The notes beneath the pieces were generated by a model. That model was not told the origin of the DNA. It saw only the letters and a list, made by a program, of their open reading frames with translations, and ran no database searches. A stretch of 64,000 bases of DNA from a virus (Duplodnaviria > Caudoviricetes), in IMG/VR virus record IMGVR_UViG_3300035365_000057, positions 1 to 64,000 of that record; one strand, given 5' to 3'. Position numbers and translations under genes: made by a program. Below, one piece after another: positions 1 to 12,518 of the stretch; position 1 is the stretch's first letter, and every line of letters starts with the position of its first letter.

Positions 1-696
1 GGTTTCGTTCTACTGTCTAGTAGATTCAGCTGATTCTCTTTCAGACTCTTTCTAAACTCTTTCTGTTTCAGCTTGAGCTCTACTTGACTCAGCAGTTACT
101 CTTTCAGATTCTGCTGTAACTCTAGATTCTTCTGCAGATACTCTTGATGATTCAGCCTATTCTCTAGATTGTTCTGCTAACTTTCTTGCTTCCTCTGCAG
201 ACTTTCTTTCTTCTTCAGCTGATTGTCTTTCTGTTTCTGCTGCTTGTCTAGCATTCTCTGCTTCAACTCTTTCAGATTCACCAGATAATACTTGTGCTGT
301 AGCTTCATCTGCATTTTGAGCAGCAGTATTTGCTTTATCTGCAGACGATTCAGCTTGTTGTGTTGCAGATTGTGCATTACTAATTGCTTCATTAGTTTTA
401 TCAGTTGCTAAATTAGCAGATGAAGCAGCACTATTTGCAGATTCGGCAGCAGTATTGGCATCATATGCTGCAGCTCTAGCTAATGCTGCGGCTTCTTCGG
501 CTGGAGCAGAAAGTAAGGATAATGGGGCTTCAACAACTTGATCCCCACTATCATTCAACTTTAAAGCTGGCAAACTATATATATTATCTAGATTGTCAAC
601 GATATCTACTTCGCCAACACCCTGCGATTCTGAAAGAATTTGATCTCTTACTTCTTGCACAAGCTATTCAAACTGTGCCTAATCTGTTATTACCAT
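1..696 (-). CDS. Tail fibre / coiled-coil virion protein, N-terminal part (runs off the window; TAG=Gln)
   Basis: ATG at 696 (MVITDQAQFEQLVQEVRDQ...). In-frame TAGs at 679, 664, 157, 52 and 10 join ORF 157..660 to Ala/Glu/Arg-rich AESERV-type repeats. Confidence 0.75.
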
Positions 697-697
697 A

Positions 698-967
698 TTA
701 TACCGTAGTTTCAGTTAATAATTCTTTAATTGCTTGCTGCAAGGGTACTACATAGAACTTGCTAACAATATCAATAATCTGTTTTGCGTATTCTTCAGAT
801 ACTTCTACTTCTCCTTCTGAGAAATAAATGTTTCTAGCTAATTCATCGAAACCGATATCATTTGTATTCTGTCTCATACGATTAGCTAACTCTTTACGAA
901 TATCAATTACTTGAGGTTCACCCTCGAAATTCATTTGTACTTTTACTTTAGAAAAATCTACTTTCAT
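698..967 (-). CDS. Hypothetical tail-region protein (89 aa)
   Basis: Complete ORF packed between tail genes. Confidence 0.7.
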   Translation of the reverse strand: MKVDFSKVKVQMNFEGEPQVIDIRKELANRMRQNTNDIGFDELARNIYFSEGEVEVSEEYAKQIIDIVSKFYVVPLQQAIKELLTETTV

Positions 968-1003
968 AATCTTTTTATTTAAAAATGTGTATTGTGTATT
1001 TAA

Positions 1004-4000
1004 TTAGTTATCAAAATACATATATTCTACCCAGTATGTACCATTTGAGATAAATATTCTTTTACCAATTGTGGTCCATTTATGAGAATATTTTATTGTA
1101 TTATTAAATAATTTTAGAGTACCTTTCAACGTTACACCAGAAGTTTTTAAGAAATTAAATATAAATATCTTACCTTTACTGCTAGATGGTGTAGGTAATG
1201 TTAATGTGATTGCACTAGAATTATTACATTCTATATAATCGTAATAAGTGTATAATTTCTAACTTGAATTTATTGATACAACATTCACAGTCAATCCGTA
1301 TATTTTTATAAGTTCTCCATTTCTAGCTTCTAATAATACATTACCGTGACTTTCTATGGCATATCCCTCAGTATTATTTAATACGCGTAAGCCATTTCCG
1401 TTAGTGCCGTATGTTGTAATATCTAATGCTATCGAACCATCTGCGCGTATTGCACACATAGCAGATGACAAATTACTATTTACTCTAAAAAACCTAGTAC
1501 CTGTAGAATCACCAATAGAAATATATGCACCAGGTGAAGAACTATCTGAATCGGATAAACCCTACTAATCGATTTTAAATGCACCGATCTTACCAGAAGT
1601 AGCATTAATGGTACCATTAAACGTGCCATCATTTGCAGTTAAGTTATTTAGAGTAACATTGCCAGAAGTATCTACAATAAACTTACCATTGATAACTGTT
1701 TTACCTACAAAGTCAATCTTCTCAGCATTTATTTCAACTGTGGTTGCTGTTTGATTTATATACGATACGATCTTATTTCCATCTTCTAATTCTTTATTAG
1801 CCCATAGTGTATTACCTTCAGAAGTGGTAACCCAGCCAGCAGCATTGATAATATCACCTTTACTATCAAAATTACCTGCAATTAAAGAAATATATTCATC
1901 TGTTTGCTATATCGCTGTTGCATTTGAAGTAGCTTTATTGTTTGCACTATTTGCTAAACTATAAGCACTATCTGCTCTATATGCTGCATCAGTTGCTTTC
2001 GAATAAGCAGTTGCTGCATCATCGGCGGCATCATCAGCTGCTATTTGTGCAGAATCAGCTGCTGTCTATGCAGAATTAGCTTTCTATGTTGCTGCTGCTG
2101 CAGCTGATGCTGCAGAAAGCGCAGCATTTTTGGCTGTTTTTATATCTTCTTCAGTCTATCCTTTAGCTGCCCACAAAGTATTACCTTCTGCTGTAGTAAC
2201 CCATCCCGCTGATTCTGCTTCAATAGCTTCAATTCTTCCGGTGTTGCTATTGACTTTACTACTAATACTAGTAACGTTAGATTCAATCTTTTCGGTATCT
2301 AACTTTATTTGTGCTACATCAGAACTAACGGTATTTGTTTTTCCTTCTAAATTAGTTATAGTGCTTTCATTCTTAGATACTCTTAATGTTATTGAATTTA
2401 TATCTAAGTTTATTTCTGATATCTATTTTGTTATCGTCTGAGTAGTCTGTTCTAGACCAGTAGTTTTGTTTTTTAATGAACTAATTTCATTAGTATTACT
2501 AGATACGCTAAGATTTATATTACCTATTTCAAGTTTTATTTGACTAATAGCTTCTTGCTATTTTGCATCAGTTTGTTCAAGATTATTAGTTTTATCTGTT
2601 ATAGTTACTATATCCTATTCAGTATTACTAACTCTTAATGATATTGAATCTATATTCAGATCTATTTCAGATACTTGTTTCTATATATTTGTAGTAGTCT
2701 GTTTGAGATTGTTTGTAGTATCCTTAAGTGTATTTATTTCAGTAGAATTCTATGTTATATTAAGATTAATATTATCAAGGCTTAATTTAATACTACTGAT
2801 AGTTTCTTCCTATTTATTATTTACTTTTTCTATACCATTGGTTTTGTCTACAAGAGTTGTTATGTTTGATTCTGTACTAGCAACACGTAATGTTATAGAA
2901 TCAAGATCCTATGATATTTCAGATACTTGCGTACTTATACTTGTTGTGGTTTGAGTAAGTTCTTCAGTTGATTCTTCTAATCCTGTGATACTTTCCTCAT
3001 TCTTTTCAAACCTGGTAGTAAATTCCTAAGCTGACAAAGTAAATTCACTATGATACTCTTCTAAAGTTTCGTCCAGATGTGTTACTTTCTAATCAAAAGT
3101 AATAGTCAATTCCTCTGCAGATAACTCTATTGCTGATGTATATTCTGAAGTTATTTCCTATTTAGCATCTGTGATCTTCTTATTAAAATCTACTGTTAAT
3201 TCTTCCGCAGATAAATTAATAGCCGATGTATATTCTTCGGTAATCTCATTCTTAGTATTAGTTATTTTTTTATCGAATTCTACTCTAAGATTTTCAGCAG
3301 TTAATTCTATCAATGAAGTATACTCGGATGTTATACTCTTTTTAGTATCCGTTATCTTCTTATCGAATTTTATTTCTAACTATTCTGCTGTTAATGTAAA
3401 TTCGCTATGATACTCTTCTAATTTTCCATTTATCTCTGAAATATTATGGTCAAATTTAATATTTAATTCTTCCGCGGTCAATCTAAACTCACTATGATAT
3501 TTTTCAAGTTTGCCATTTACTTCAGATATGTCGTGTTCAAACGATACTCTTAATTGTTCTGCAGTTAACTAGAATTCACTACGATATTCTTCTAATCTAC
3601 CATCAATTTCTTCAATACTGTGTTCAAACGATACTCTTAATTCTTCAGCAGTAAATAAGAATTCGCTATGGTATTCTTCTAGTTTATTAGATGTTTCAAT
3701 TATTTTATCGTAGTTAGCCTATATCTTTTCATTAGTAATCTATAACTGTCCGTTAATATATTCATTTAGATTACCTAAATCATCGTCATATAATATAACA
3801 GAATGGATTAAGATTTCTCCTGTAAAACTCAGATAAAAATCACCAGTACCATTCCATTTACCACTTATCTTTAAAGTATTAAAGATAGACGTAGGATTGA
3901 GTTGCTGTGTATAATTTATTTTCTCATATTCCTCAAAATCACCAGTATCTTCATTCTTAAAATAAATAGTAAGTATACCTGGTCTTAATACTTTATATCT

Positions 4001-4441
4001 AAATTGTATGTTAAATAATCTGGCTACCTTTTCATCAAATTCTGGATGTCTATCGTAGTCAGTGTTATATTGCATTATATAACTATTCTTAAGTTCTACA
4101 GCATTTCTATTATTCTCTTTAGTTAATGCTGTTATAGCTTCTTTATTAGAATAAAAATTGTTATTAAAATATAATAACTTTTGACTTACTCTAAATACTT
4201 TAATATTATTACCGTACTACCATTTATCCAGATTATTTGAAAATGATGCATTCGATAAATAATTGTTTAATGCATTTGTTTCATTAATAATATCAGATAT
4301 CTCAAATCTTAAATCTTCTATTAGAGATGTTATTAAGGAGGATCTAATTTTACCATTAGAATTTCCTTCCTAGAAAGGTAACATCTCATTACCAGTCAGT
4401 TTAGTACGTTCTGTAAGCTAACTAATTTTTTTATTTGCCAT
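1004..4441 (-). CDS. Large tail fibre / spike protein, about 1145 aa (TAG=Gln)
   Basis: Starts MANKKISQ(TAG)LTERTKLTGNEMLPF; first TAA at 1004. ORFs 3740..4075 and 1259..1471 are in this frame and end in TAG. Long coiled-coil repeats and a beta-rich C-terminus. Confidence 0.8.
3040..3690 (-). repeat. About 8 tandem 29-aa (87-bp) repeats in the tail fibre gene
   Basis: EEYHSEFxLTAEELxxxFxxxIxE units; equivalent positions at 3662, 3575, 3488, 3401 (87-bp period). Confidence 0.85.
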
Positions 4442-4446
4442 AATAA

Positions 4447-4947
4447 TTATTCCTCCAATAATATTGCATAACCATCTTCAAGTAATACATATCCACCATC
4501 TTCTAACAATAGTTTATTACTATCAATTATCTAACAGATAGAACATATAAGTGAACAAGATACATTTAGTTTATTATTACTATTTACATCTTTAGTATGA
4601 ATACTAATAGTATCACCAACTCTATTTGTTATTATAGTAGGCTATTTACCTATAGTACTTATATTTAAAGATAATGGATTACCTATACGTGATGCATCTG
4701 TAATTAAATCACTATTTACTTTATTAGTAGAAATAGAAAACGTACCATTTACTTTATTAATAACTGTAGTAAAAGAATTCTTTTTATTTTTAATACTTAT
4801 TTTTAGATCTTTACTACATTTAAATATACTAGCTTTTATTGAGTCACCAATATAGCTAAATGCTACGCTAATCCCTTTAGTTAAGGAACTAGCGCAAGCA
4901 TTCATTTCATTACTAATACGTGCTGTGGTTACGTTTAGACATCCCAT
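4447..4947 (-). CDS. Hypothetical tail protein, 166 aa (TAG=Gln)
   Basis: ORF 4642..4947 reads through TAG to TAA at 4447; C-terminus LLLEDGGYVLLEDGYAILLEE. Confidence 0.7.
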
Positions 4948-4948
4948 A

Positions 4949-5251
4949 TTATTTAGATATTATTATGCCAGTAGTAGCTGTAACAACCTCTTGTCTATAT
5001 CCATCATCAAAATCTTTATCAGGAACTTGTGCGGTAATTCTTACTTTAATTTCACCAACTCCTAATTTAGATGAATCAATACATGCCATATAGTTGTCAT
5101 CATCTACATAGATCATTTCATCTTTAGTTAATTCAATATATTTGTCAGCATAGATAAAGAATCTACAAACGAAATCAATATCTTTCATTTTATAATTATC
5201 TAGCTGATCTATATGTATATTTATTTTTAATTCTGTACCTAAGCTGCTCAT
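4949..5251 (-). CDS. Small beta-rich tail/baseplate-type protein
   Basis: Complete 100-aa ORF in the tail operon; fold is inferred from composition only. Confidence 0.6.
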   Translation of the reverse strand: MSSLGTELKINIHIDQLDNYKMKDIDFVCRFFIYADKYIELTKDEMIYVDDDNYMACIDSSKLGVGEIKVRITAQVPDKDFDDGYRQEVVTATTGIIISK

Positions 5252-5259
5252 AAAATATA

Positions 5260-5451
5260 TTATAAATTACCATCTATTTCTCTATATAAAGAACGTAGTA
5301 ATCTGGTAAGGATATTTCTATCCTCCAGATTATCTACATGTTCTAATAGCATATTAATCTCATTAGCACATACTGCATCGATTACAAATCTTGTATTATT
5401 CGATATATCGAATCGCAGTCTGCTATTTACTTTTTTATTATAAATATTCAT
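5260..5451 (-). CDS. Hypothetical protein (63 aa)
   Basis: Complete ORF, operon-packed. Confidence 0.55.
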   Translation of the reverse strand: MNIYNKKVNSRLRFDISNNTRFVIDAVCANEINMLLEHVDNLEDRNILTRLLRSLYREIDGNL

Positions 5452-5455
5452 AATA

Positions 5456-8400
5456 TTACGTTGCTAATTGTTCTTCTGCAATAGAATTCATAGGGAATAA
5501 CATCCATACCGTTGTAACATAATCGGAACTTTGTATATTTCTTGCACCATATCCGATTAAATGAAATGCGCAACCCTAAATATTACTAATAGTAACGGAC
5601 GGAGTCTATTCTTGTAAATCTCCATTCTTAGCTACCAATGTAGCCGAATCTTCTCCTCTGAATACACCCTAAACTACTGTTCTATTCATTAATGGAATCG
5701 TTACATATATTTCCATACTCTCGCCTTCACCCAAATCTGGTAGTGTTCCTAAATTATTATTACTTAATACAATAGATCCGTTAATCGGTTCACTTGAAGA
5801 ATTTGTAGATACATTTAATATATTTTGTTGAGCTTTGATCGTCGTGTTTATTGTTAAAGATCCATCGCTATCCCAACTTATATTACCACCAGCTAATGAA
5901 CCACTCCCATCCGGATAGAAATACGCTTTTCCTCCAATTATTACTACACCATTTTCATTCCAAGTAATAGTACCATCTGCGAATTTACCAGTAGTATCGT
6001 CATTAATATATACAGATCCAGCACCAAACCAAGCTTCACCTGTTTCTAAATTCAAACAAATATTTGGTCTGAATGAATTAGATGTATTCATTGGATCGGA
6101 AGAATTAAAATTCTGGTATTCAGAAGTATTACTATTAGTAGAAGTTTTACCCTATTGACTGAATACAAATTCTTCATAGAATACAGCACTACCTACTAAT
6201 GCTTGACCAAATACACCGATATTAGAATAGATTGCATCAAAGCTATTAAATTTAACCCAAGCATCGCTTTCAGCCGGTCTTACGTACCCTTGTTCAATAC
6301 CATTCCATCTCATTATAGTATTTAATACGTAAAAACCATTATTATCCCAAACATAAGGCGCAGTATCTTCTGTGGTTTCATATGTAGTAGATTCACTGTA
6401 TTGACCAGCAGGATAAATCAATTGTCCTTTTTTTCCATTGCTACCTGGTTTACCGTTTAATATTGCAGGGTTACTCCATTCTCCAATAGTTGAACCTGTA
6501 TTATCATTATTGCTCGAATATTCTATTCTTGCCTATATAAACCATATATATGGATATTGTTCTGTTACTTTTGGCGTATCTAATGACCATCCAGCAGGTT
6601 CTCTCTAAGAACCAGGAGTAAATCCATTAGGAGCAATATCTGTACCTAAACAGAATCGCATTTCAAAGCTAACTCCAGGAATACCACTAACACCTTGAGG
6701 ACCATCAGCACCTGGTGCTCCAGCAGGACCAGTATTGCCTATAGGTCCTTGTTCGCCACTGATTCTGACAGGTGTTTCCCATTCACCTATAAGTGTATTT
6801 TCTGGACTAATAAATGCTTTGGTCATCCACATTATCTCACCTTCACTAGGATTGATTTTTGGAAAATCAGTAGACCATCCAGCGGGTTCTCTTTCTGTTT
6901 TTTCTATATCTGGCGCCGTATCACTGGTATTTTTATTAAATCTAAATTCATAATATCTACCATCCTGAGCCATACCGTCCTTACCATTTAAAGGAACCAC
7001 AGAACCCCAAGTCATTACTAATTCAGTTGTACCATTTACATTTCCAACACATTGCCACCATTGTCCTTCAGAATCAGGATAATCTTGCCAACCATCTCCA
7101 GGATTATTAGGATCATTACCTGTAGGAGCTTCTGGTTTTACATCTGATTTTTTATATACATATGTTTTATAATTAGTAGGAATACCATCAACACCATTTA
7201 TACCATTCACTATCCACGGTCCTTGCCATTTACCAACAAGTTTATTAGCATAATCAACTTCTGCTTGAATCTACCATAAGGCTTCTTTACCAGTGGGTGT
7301 ATGGACGTCCTATTCGAATAATGACCAGATCGAACCAGGATTAATGTTATCTTTTACTACAACAGGAACTTCACTAGAATTCTCGGTAATTGTATACATA
7401 GTTTTTATACTATTACCTGTATGTCCCATTTCACCATATTTAGCCCACAGAGATGGATTACTCCAATCGCCCCAAACTTTGGTATTACCTATGTACTTTC
7501 TAATACACACCCATTCCCACATATACTCAGAGTTAACACCTGATGGATTATCAGTCCAACCTTCTTCTTTTGGAACATAATCATCGACTTGTTCATTTTT
7601 TGTAGGCTTAGTAACCGGAGATGGCGTATTTACTAATTTAAATATATATTCTACACCATCGCCATCCATACCATTAATACCGTATTTTGACCATAAAGAA
7701 GGACCTTCCCAGTCACTCCACACGCTTTGTACTAATTTTCTAGTACAAACCCATTCAGCAATCATTTCCTACGAAACACCAGAAGGATGATCTTCCCAAC
7801 CTGATGGTATATAATCAGTTATATTCGGACTTTCTTCAGGTTTTGTTGGTGGCTCATAATCTGTTTTAGTAAGTTTATAGATAAATTCTAAATTTACGCC
7901 ATCTGCTCCATTTCTACCATCTTCTGCAGTAATTCTAATAGGATCTGACCATTGACCAACCAAACCTCCACTAGAACCAAATAAACCAGTAGATAGCCAT
8001 ACAGGATCTTCTAAATCATCCGATGTTAAAGACCATCCTTCAGGCGGATATACAGTATTAGTTATTAGATCCCAACTACCTCCTGTAGGTCTTTCTGGTT
8101 TGATTTCACTACTTTTATAGATAAATACAGTTCTACCTCCAACGGCATCAATACCATCTTTTCCAGGTATTCCAGGATTACCTTTCTCTCCTTGTGGACC
8201 TCGTTCGCCTTTAGGACCTTTTGGACCAATTGGTAAACCGAAAGTAAAATCAAATAAACCATTCTTAAGGCTTACATTAGCTTCCGGAACTACGGTTTGC
8301 ATTACGTTTGATACTTGAGCTTTAAATACCCCAGAACCGCCTTCACCACCACCATTGCTAATATACTCAGCTAATGTGCTAGCTGTCACTTTACCGTTAT

Positions 8401-8497
8401 ACTCTTCATCCTAGAAAACGAAAGCTTCTTGACCGTTAAGTGATGCTCTTTCTTCTAAATCGCTTATCTTTTGACCATTATCTGTACAAAAAACCAT
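5456..8497 (-). CDS. Collagen-repeat tail protein, about 1013 aa (TAG=Gln)
   Basis: ORFs 7769..8389, 7310..7765, 6605..7210, 6152..6421 and 5669..6091 share one frame and each ends in TAG. G-X-Y runs (GPKGPKGERGPQGEKG; GPAGAPGADGPQG) and repeated W..P.LW.KYG modules. Confidence 0.85.
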
Positions 8498-8516
8498 AAT
8501 CGTATTATATTAAATT

Positions 8517-9194
8517 TTAAATAAATTTCTTATTACAAACAGTACAGCAGCTACCATTACAACATTGCTATTCTAATAAACAACAATCTCCATTCTGTAA
8601 TTTTATACTACCTTCGTCTTCTTTTAATATTCTTCTCTTATTATCAAGAGAACAGCATTCCATTCCGTCTATACGTATTTCTAATATTCTACACAACTCA
8701 ATATATAAGAATAATGCTTCTTCAAAATTATCCATTTCTATGGAATCTTCTAATAACTAGCGTTTAAATACTACAACAGGAATCAACTGCTTTACTTTGT
8801 CATCCAAGCATACAGAACACCTCAATCTTAACTTTTCTATTTCTGCATTATATATCTACTTAGAATCGTAAAATATACCATACACAGTATACGTTTGTTC
8901 ATTATAACTATACTAAAAAGTTATATGTTTCATACTACGATCCATATTAGATATTTCTTCTGATTCTATAGTTACACTGTATGCATTATCTCCAATCACT
9001 TGCATATCTATAGTACTGTTCTCATTATTTATCACATACGTGTGATACTTAATATCTTCAGCATAGATATTACAAATATTATCACATTCATCTACAGTCA
9101 ATGTATAGTCAGTTATATTATCTAATTGAACTTCTGATAATAATGTAAAAGCTATTGAGTTGTTTTCAATTTTTATATCGTATATTTTACTCAT
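8517..9194 (-). CDS. Virion (tail/ring) protein, 225 aa (TAG=Gln)
   Basis: ORF 8913..9194 extends through TAG to TAA at 8517; Cys-rich C-terminus (CCLLEQQCCNGSCCTVC). Confidence 0.65.
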
Positions 9195-9204
9195 ACTATA
9201 GAAA

Positions 9205-9249
9205 TAAAAAGTGGGAGTATAGGGAGCTTAACTCCGCTATATCTCCCAC
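9205..9249 (-). terminator. Intrinsic terminator after the auxiliary capsid gene
   Basis: GTGGGAGTATAGGGAG / CTCCGCTATATCTCCCAC inverted repeat followed by a T-tract on the minus strand. Confidence 0.75.
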
Positions 9250-9271
9250 TCAGTTAAATAAAAAGATTTAA

Positions 9272-10267
9272 TTATTCCTGTGTAGCATTACCAGTGATAA
9301 ACGCCTTAATAGCCTTAATAAAGTTAGAAGTATTAAAGCTAGAAGAATGCTTAACATACAACTCAGTTACCAGAGGAGTAGTCTTAATATACTGGTTATC
9401 ATTGCTCAGGTATTTGTTATCGTTTTCGATAGTTACGTAATCGTAAGTAGCGTCTTTCTCTACCATTCTATCCTGTTCTACGATAGGATATGCACCAGTA
9501 AATACATGGCCAGTATAACCCATATTGCGAACTTCCTGATCACGAACCTGCTTCCAATAACCCTTACCAGGATTACCTACAGTCTTAGTAATAGTTGCTC
9601 CAGGTACCGAAGCAGGATAATTAGAAAGCAATGCACCCGGTATAGTAGTATACAGGCTTACTTCCATGCTTACTACAGAATACTCGTTAATAGAGTATAC
9701 ACCTTCGTTATCATCCTTCTCCATTGCAGTAAGAGTAATCTTACTACCAGATACAGATACAGTAATTCTACGATTCTTGTGTGCATTGATCTTATTTTTG
9801 AAAGCAGTTGCTAATTCGCTAGCAGTTGTAGACTCAGCATATACTTCATAAGTATGAGTAAACTGCCAAGCAGCTTCGTAAATATCCTTGTAGACAATAC
9901 GAATTACATAGCGATTACCAGCTACGATAGTAGCGCTAGCAAGATCGATTTCAACTTTTTCCTGAACAGGAGCAACATATTCACCAAATACCAAATTAGG
10001 TTTAGAGTCTTTCTTAATTTCATTACCAAACTTAATATTAGCTTTCTGTTCTACACTACCATCAGGTTTAGTTACATTTACTTTGTCTTTGGCAACGCCG
10101 ATGTACAGAGAAGTAGCAGCGGCAGCAGCATTAAAATCAGAAGTGAAATCGATAAGCTTACGATCCTGATCGAACAAAGCTACATCACCAGCAGCAAGTG
10201 CATTTACGTCAGATAAAGACGATGCAATTTGTTTACCGATTAATACGGTATCAACGTGTGTAATCAT
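9272..10267 (-). CDS. Auxiliary capsid (capsid-stabilising) protein of crAss-like phages
   Basis: 331-aa ORF (MITHVDTVLIGK...) in the conserved head-gene block; no TAG codons. Confidence 0.7.
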   Translation of the reverse strand: MITHVDTVLIGKQIASSLSDVNALAAGDVALFDQDRKLIDFTSDFNAAAAATSLYIGVAKDKVNVTKPDGSVEQKANIKFGNEIKKDSKPNLVFGEYVAPVQEKVEIDLASATIVAGNRYVIRIVYKDIYEAAWQFTHTYEVYAESTTASELATAFKNKINAHKNRRITVSVSGSKITLTAMEKDDNEGVYSINEYSVVSMEVSLYTTIPGALLSNYPASVPGATITKTVGNPGKGYWKQVRDQEVRNMGYTGHVFTGAYPIVEQDRMVEKDATYDYVTIENDNKYLSNDNQYIKTTPLVTELYVKHSSSFNTSNFIKAIKAFITGNATQE

Positions 10268-10368
10268 TATATTTAAAAAATTTTAGTTAAACATTAATAC
10301 GCGCGTCGTCTAACTATATTCGTTTTTCTACTTTCCTCTAAGGGATTTCCACGTCAAACGAACGCTTT

Positions 10369-11046
10369 TTATTCTTTATTGTCTTTTGATTTATTCGAAG
10401 TATTAGAAGTAAATGTAGCAGCTTGATTTATTAACATCTATACTGCCATATCCACTATTTCCTAATGAGTTACTTCAGGTAAATCTTCGTATTCCTACTA
10501 AGGATTTTTACCAATATCTTTAGCAGGTTTTAAGTAAGTTAGTTTATATTGGTCAATATTATAATTACCATCTGTATATAATACTATTTTACCGTCAGTA
10601 TATAACCTAACTGGCTTTGCCTATCCATGATGTAAGTGATGTTCGGATAGACTGTTACCTAAGATTTTGTCAACGGTTTCTATCGTTGCTTCTATTACAT
10701 CTTGATTCTTTACAATGCGATTGATGCATTTGTTATTTTTTATTTGAATTCTTACCTACTCTCCTAAAACAAACATACAGTCATCAGGATATGTAGTAAT
10801 GAATCTATTATTGTATACTGTGAAATCAGAATAGCGATACGTCTTAGTATTAACTAAAGTTTTCAATTTATCAGTTATTTCCTGATTCTATTGAAATATT
10901 CTATACAGCTACTTAACGTATTCATCTTTTGCTCTATTTATATAATAGTAAATAGTATCTGATTTCAGTTTACCACCATTCAAATAATTAGGAATGATGT
11001 TAATCAACTATCGTTCAAATGAAATAAGAAAATCTCGTTCTGTCAT
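10369..11046 (-). CDS. Tail ring / head-tail connector protein, 225 aa (TAG=Gln)
   Basis: MTERDFLISFERQ... open to TAA at 10369 only if TAG is sense; C-terminal DLPEVTHQEIVDMAV resembles the paralogue at 11049. Confidence 0.7.
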
Positions 11047-11048
11047 AA

Positions 11049-11738
11049 TTATTCTTGTAAATTATTTATTTGTACTTTAGTTGACACTCTCTAAGATTCT
11101 ATATTTTCTAAAGCAATAACTGATGCTCTATTTACAACTTCATGTAGTACACTGTCTGGAACTTCATCAATTTCCTTATCTGGTTCAGTGTAATCCAATT
11201 TAGTAGGATAAGCTAAATACATTAAATCTAATGAATATGATCCTTTCATATTATAAGGATCAATATAGATTATAAGTTTATTATCTTCTAATACACATAC
11301 AGGAGTTTCTATCCAAGGTACGTTAGCGTAAGTCATTTCATATGGCTATGCTATATCGTGGCTTGTTAATTTAACTTCAGTAATACTAGAACCAAATTTC
11401 AGAATACCTTTTATGAAGAATAATCTTTTATTTTCTCCTTCATCGTTTACAAAGTCATCCATCTATAATTTGTTTGTATTTGTAATCAATGATAATGGTA
11501 TATTTTTATCTGTTTTCACTAGTCTCTGCAAATCAGTTGTTCTTTTAGTATTTCCTTCAAATGGTACGTTTAAAGGACTTGTACCGTTGAATTTATTACT
11601 AATTACTTCTAGATACGCTTGATTTAGAAACTATTCTTCTTCCTCTGGAAGAAATGCAGGACATCCTCCATAAGAAACAGATTCAGAATTTTTATCCAGA
11701 ACTACCTTAAACTCTTTATATATATCAGATATCTTCAT
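11049..11738 (-). CDS. Tail ring / head-tail connector protein, 229 aa (TAG=Gln)
   Basis: ATG overlaps the upstream TAA (TAATG); includes ORF 11091..11336; EVPDSVLHEVVNRA motif. Confidence 0.7.
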
Positions 11739-12490
11739 TACTTAGATTTAATTTCATTAAGTATCGCCAATTTAATATCTTGGTTCTTTTTGTCATTTAA
11801 GTAAGCAATAACATCATCAATTCCATTACCGATCAAATCAGTACCAAAGAAATATTGTGTTCTATTCTTACGAATAATATTCTTAGCAATTGCTTCTTCA
11901 ATAACAAAGTTAATTTCTTTATTAGGATTATTCGCCCACTTTAACATAAACTTATCAGGCGATGCCTCTATTTGTTCTGACAGCTTAGCTTCTACTAATT
12001 CATTTGACATTGTATCTGATTTGATACCGTATAAACGTAAGCACTTTCTCATATCTTCTATAGACATCTTATCCATAACTCTATATGCTTCACGTTTAGT
12101 TTGATTTCTCTTATTAGCCTCCTTAGCTTCACTATCCTTATTTATCATAACATAATCCGTAGCTGGTGTTATAGCATTCAAACCATTAGCTACACGTTTA
12201 TGTTTCTTTAAAAATAAATACTTCAATTCATCTTCTGGTTTATCTGTATTCAAAATGAGATCTTTCCTACCAATTTTAATGGCAAAAGTATCCCAGAAAG
12301 AACTAATTGGATTTAAATGACCTTCTTCGTATCCCATTGCTTTTTCTAATCTACGTGCGTCTTCATCACTAAGTCCAGTGTAAGTATTGCCACTTCTAGT
12401 CCAATAAGGCGCGATATAATCATAACAGGTAGGCCATTTAGTAATACCTGTCCAAGGATTTGATTTAATTATTCTAACGATTACTTCCAT
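11738..12490 (-). CDS. Conserved crAss-like virion/head-region protein (250 aa)
   Basis: Complete ORF downstream of MCP; no TAG. Confidence 0.65.
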   Translation of the reverse strand: MEVIVRIIKSNPWTGITKWPTCYDYIAPYWTRSGNTYTGLSDEDARRLEKAMGYEEGHLNPISSFWDTFAIKIGRKDLILNTDKPEDELKYLFLKKHKRVANGLNAITPATDYVMINKDSEAKEANKRNQTKREAYRVMDKMSIEDMRKCLRLYGIKSDTMSNELVEAKLSEQIEASPDKFMLKWANNPNKEINFVIEEAIAKNIIRKNRTQYFFGTDLIGNGIDDVIAYLNDKKNQDIKLAILNEIKSK

Positions 12491-12518
12491 AATATAAAAT
12501 ATTAGATTATCAAGTTAG

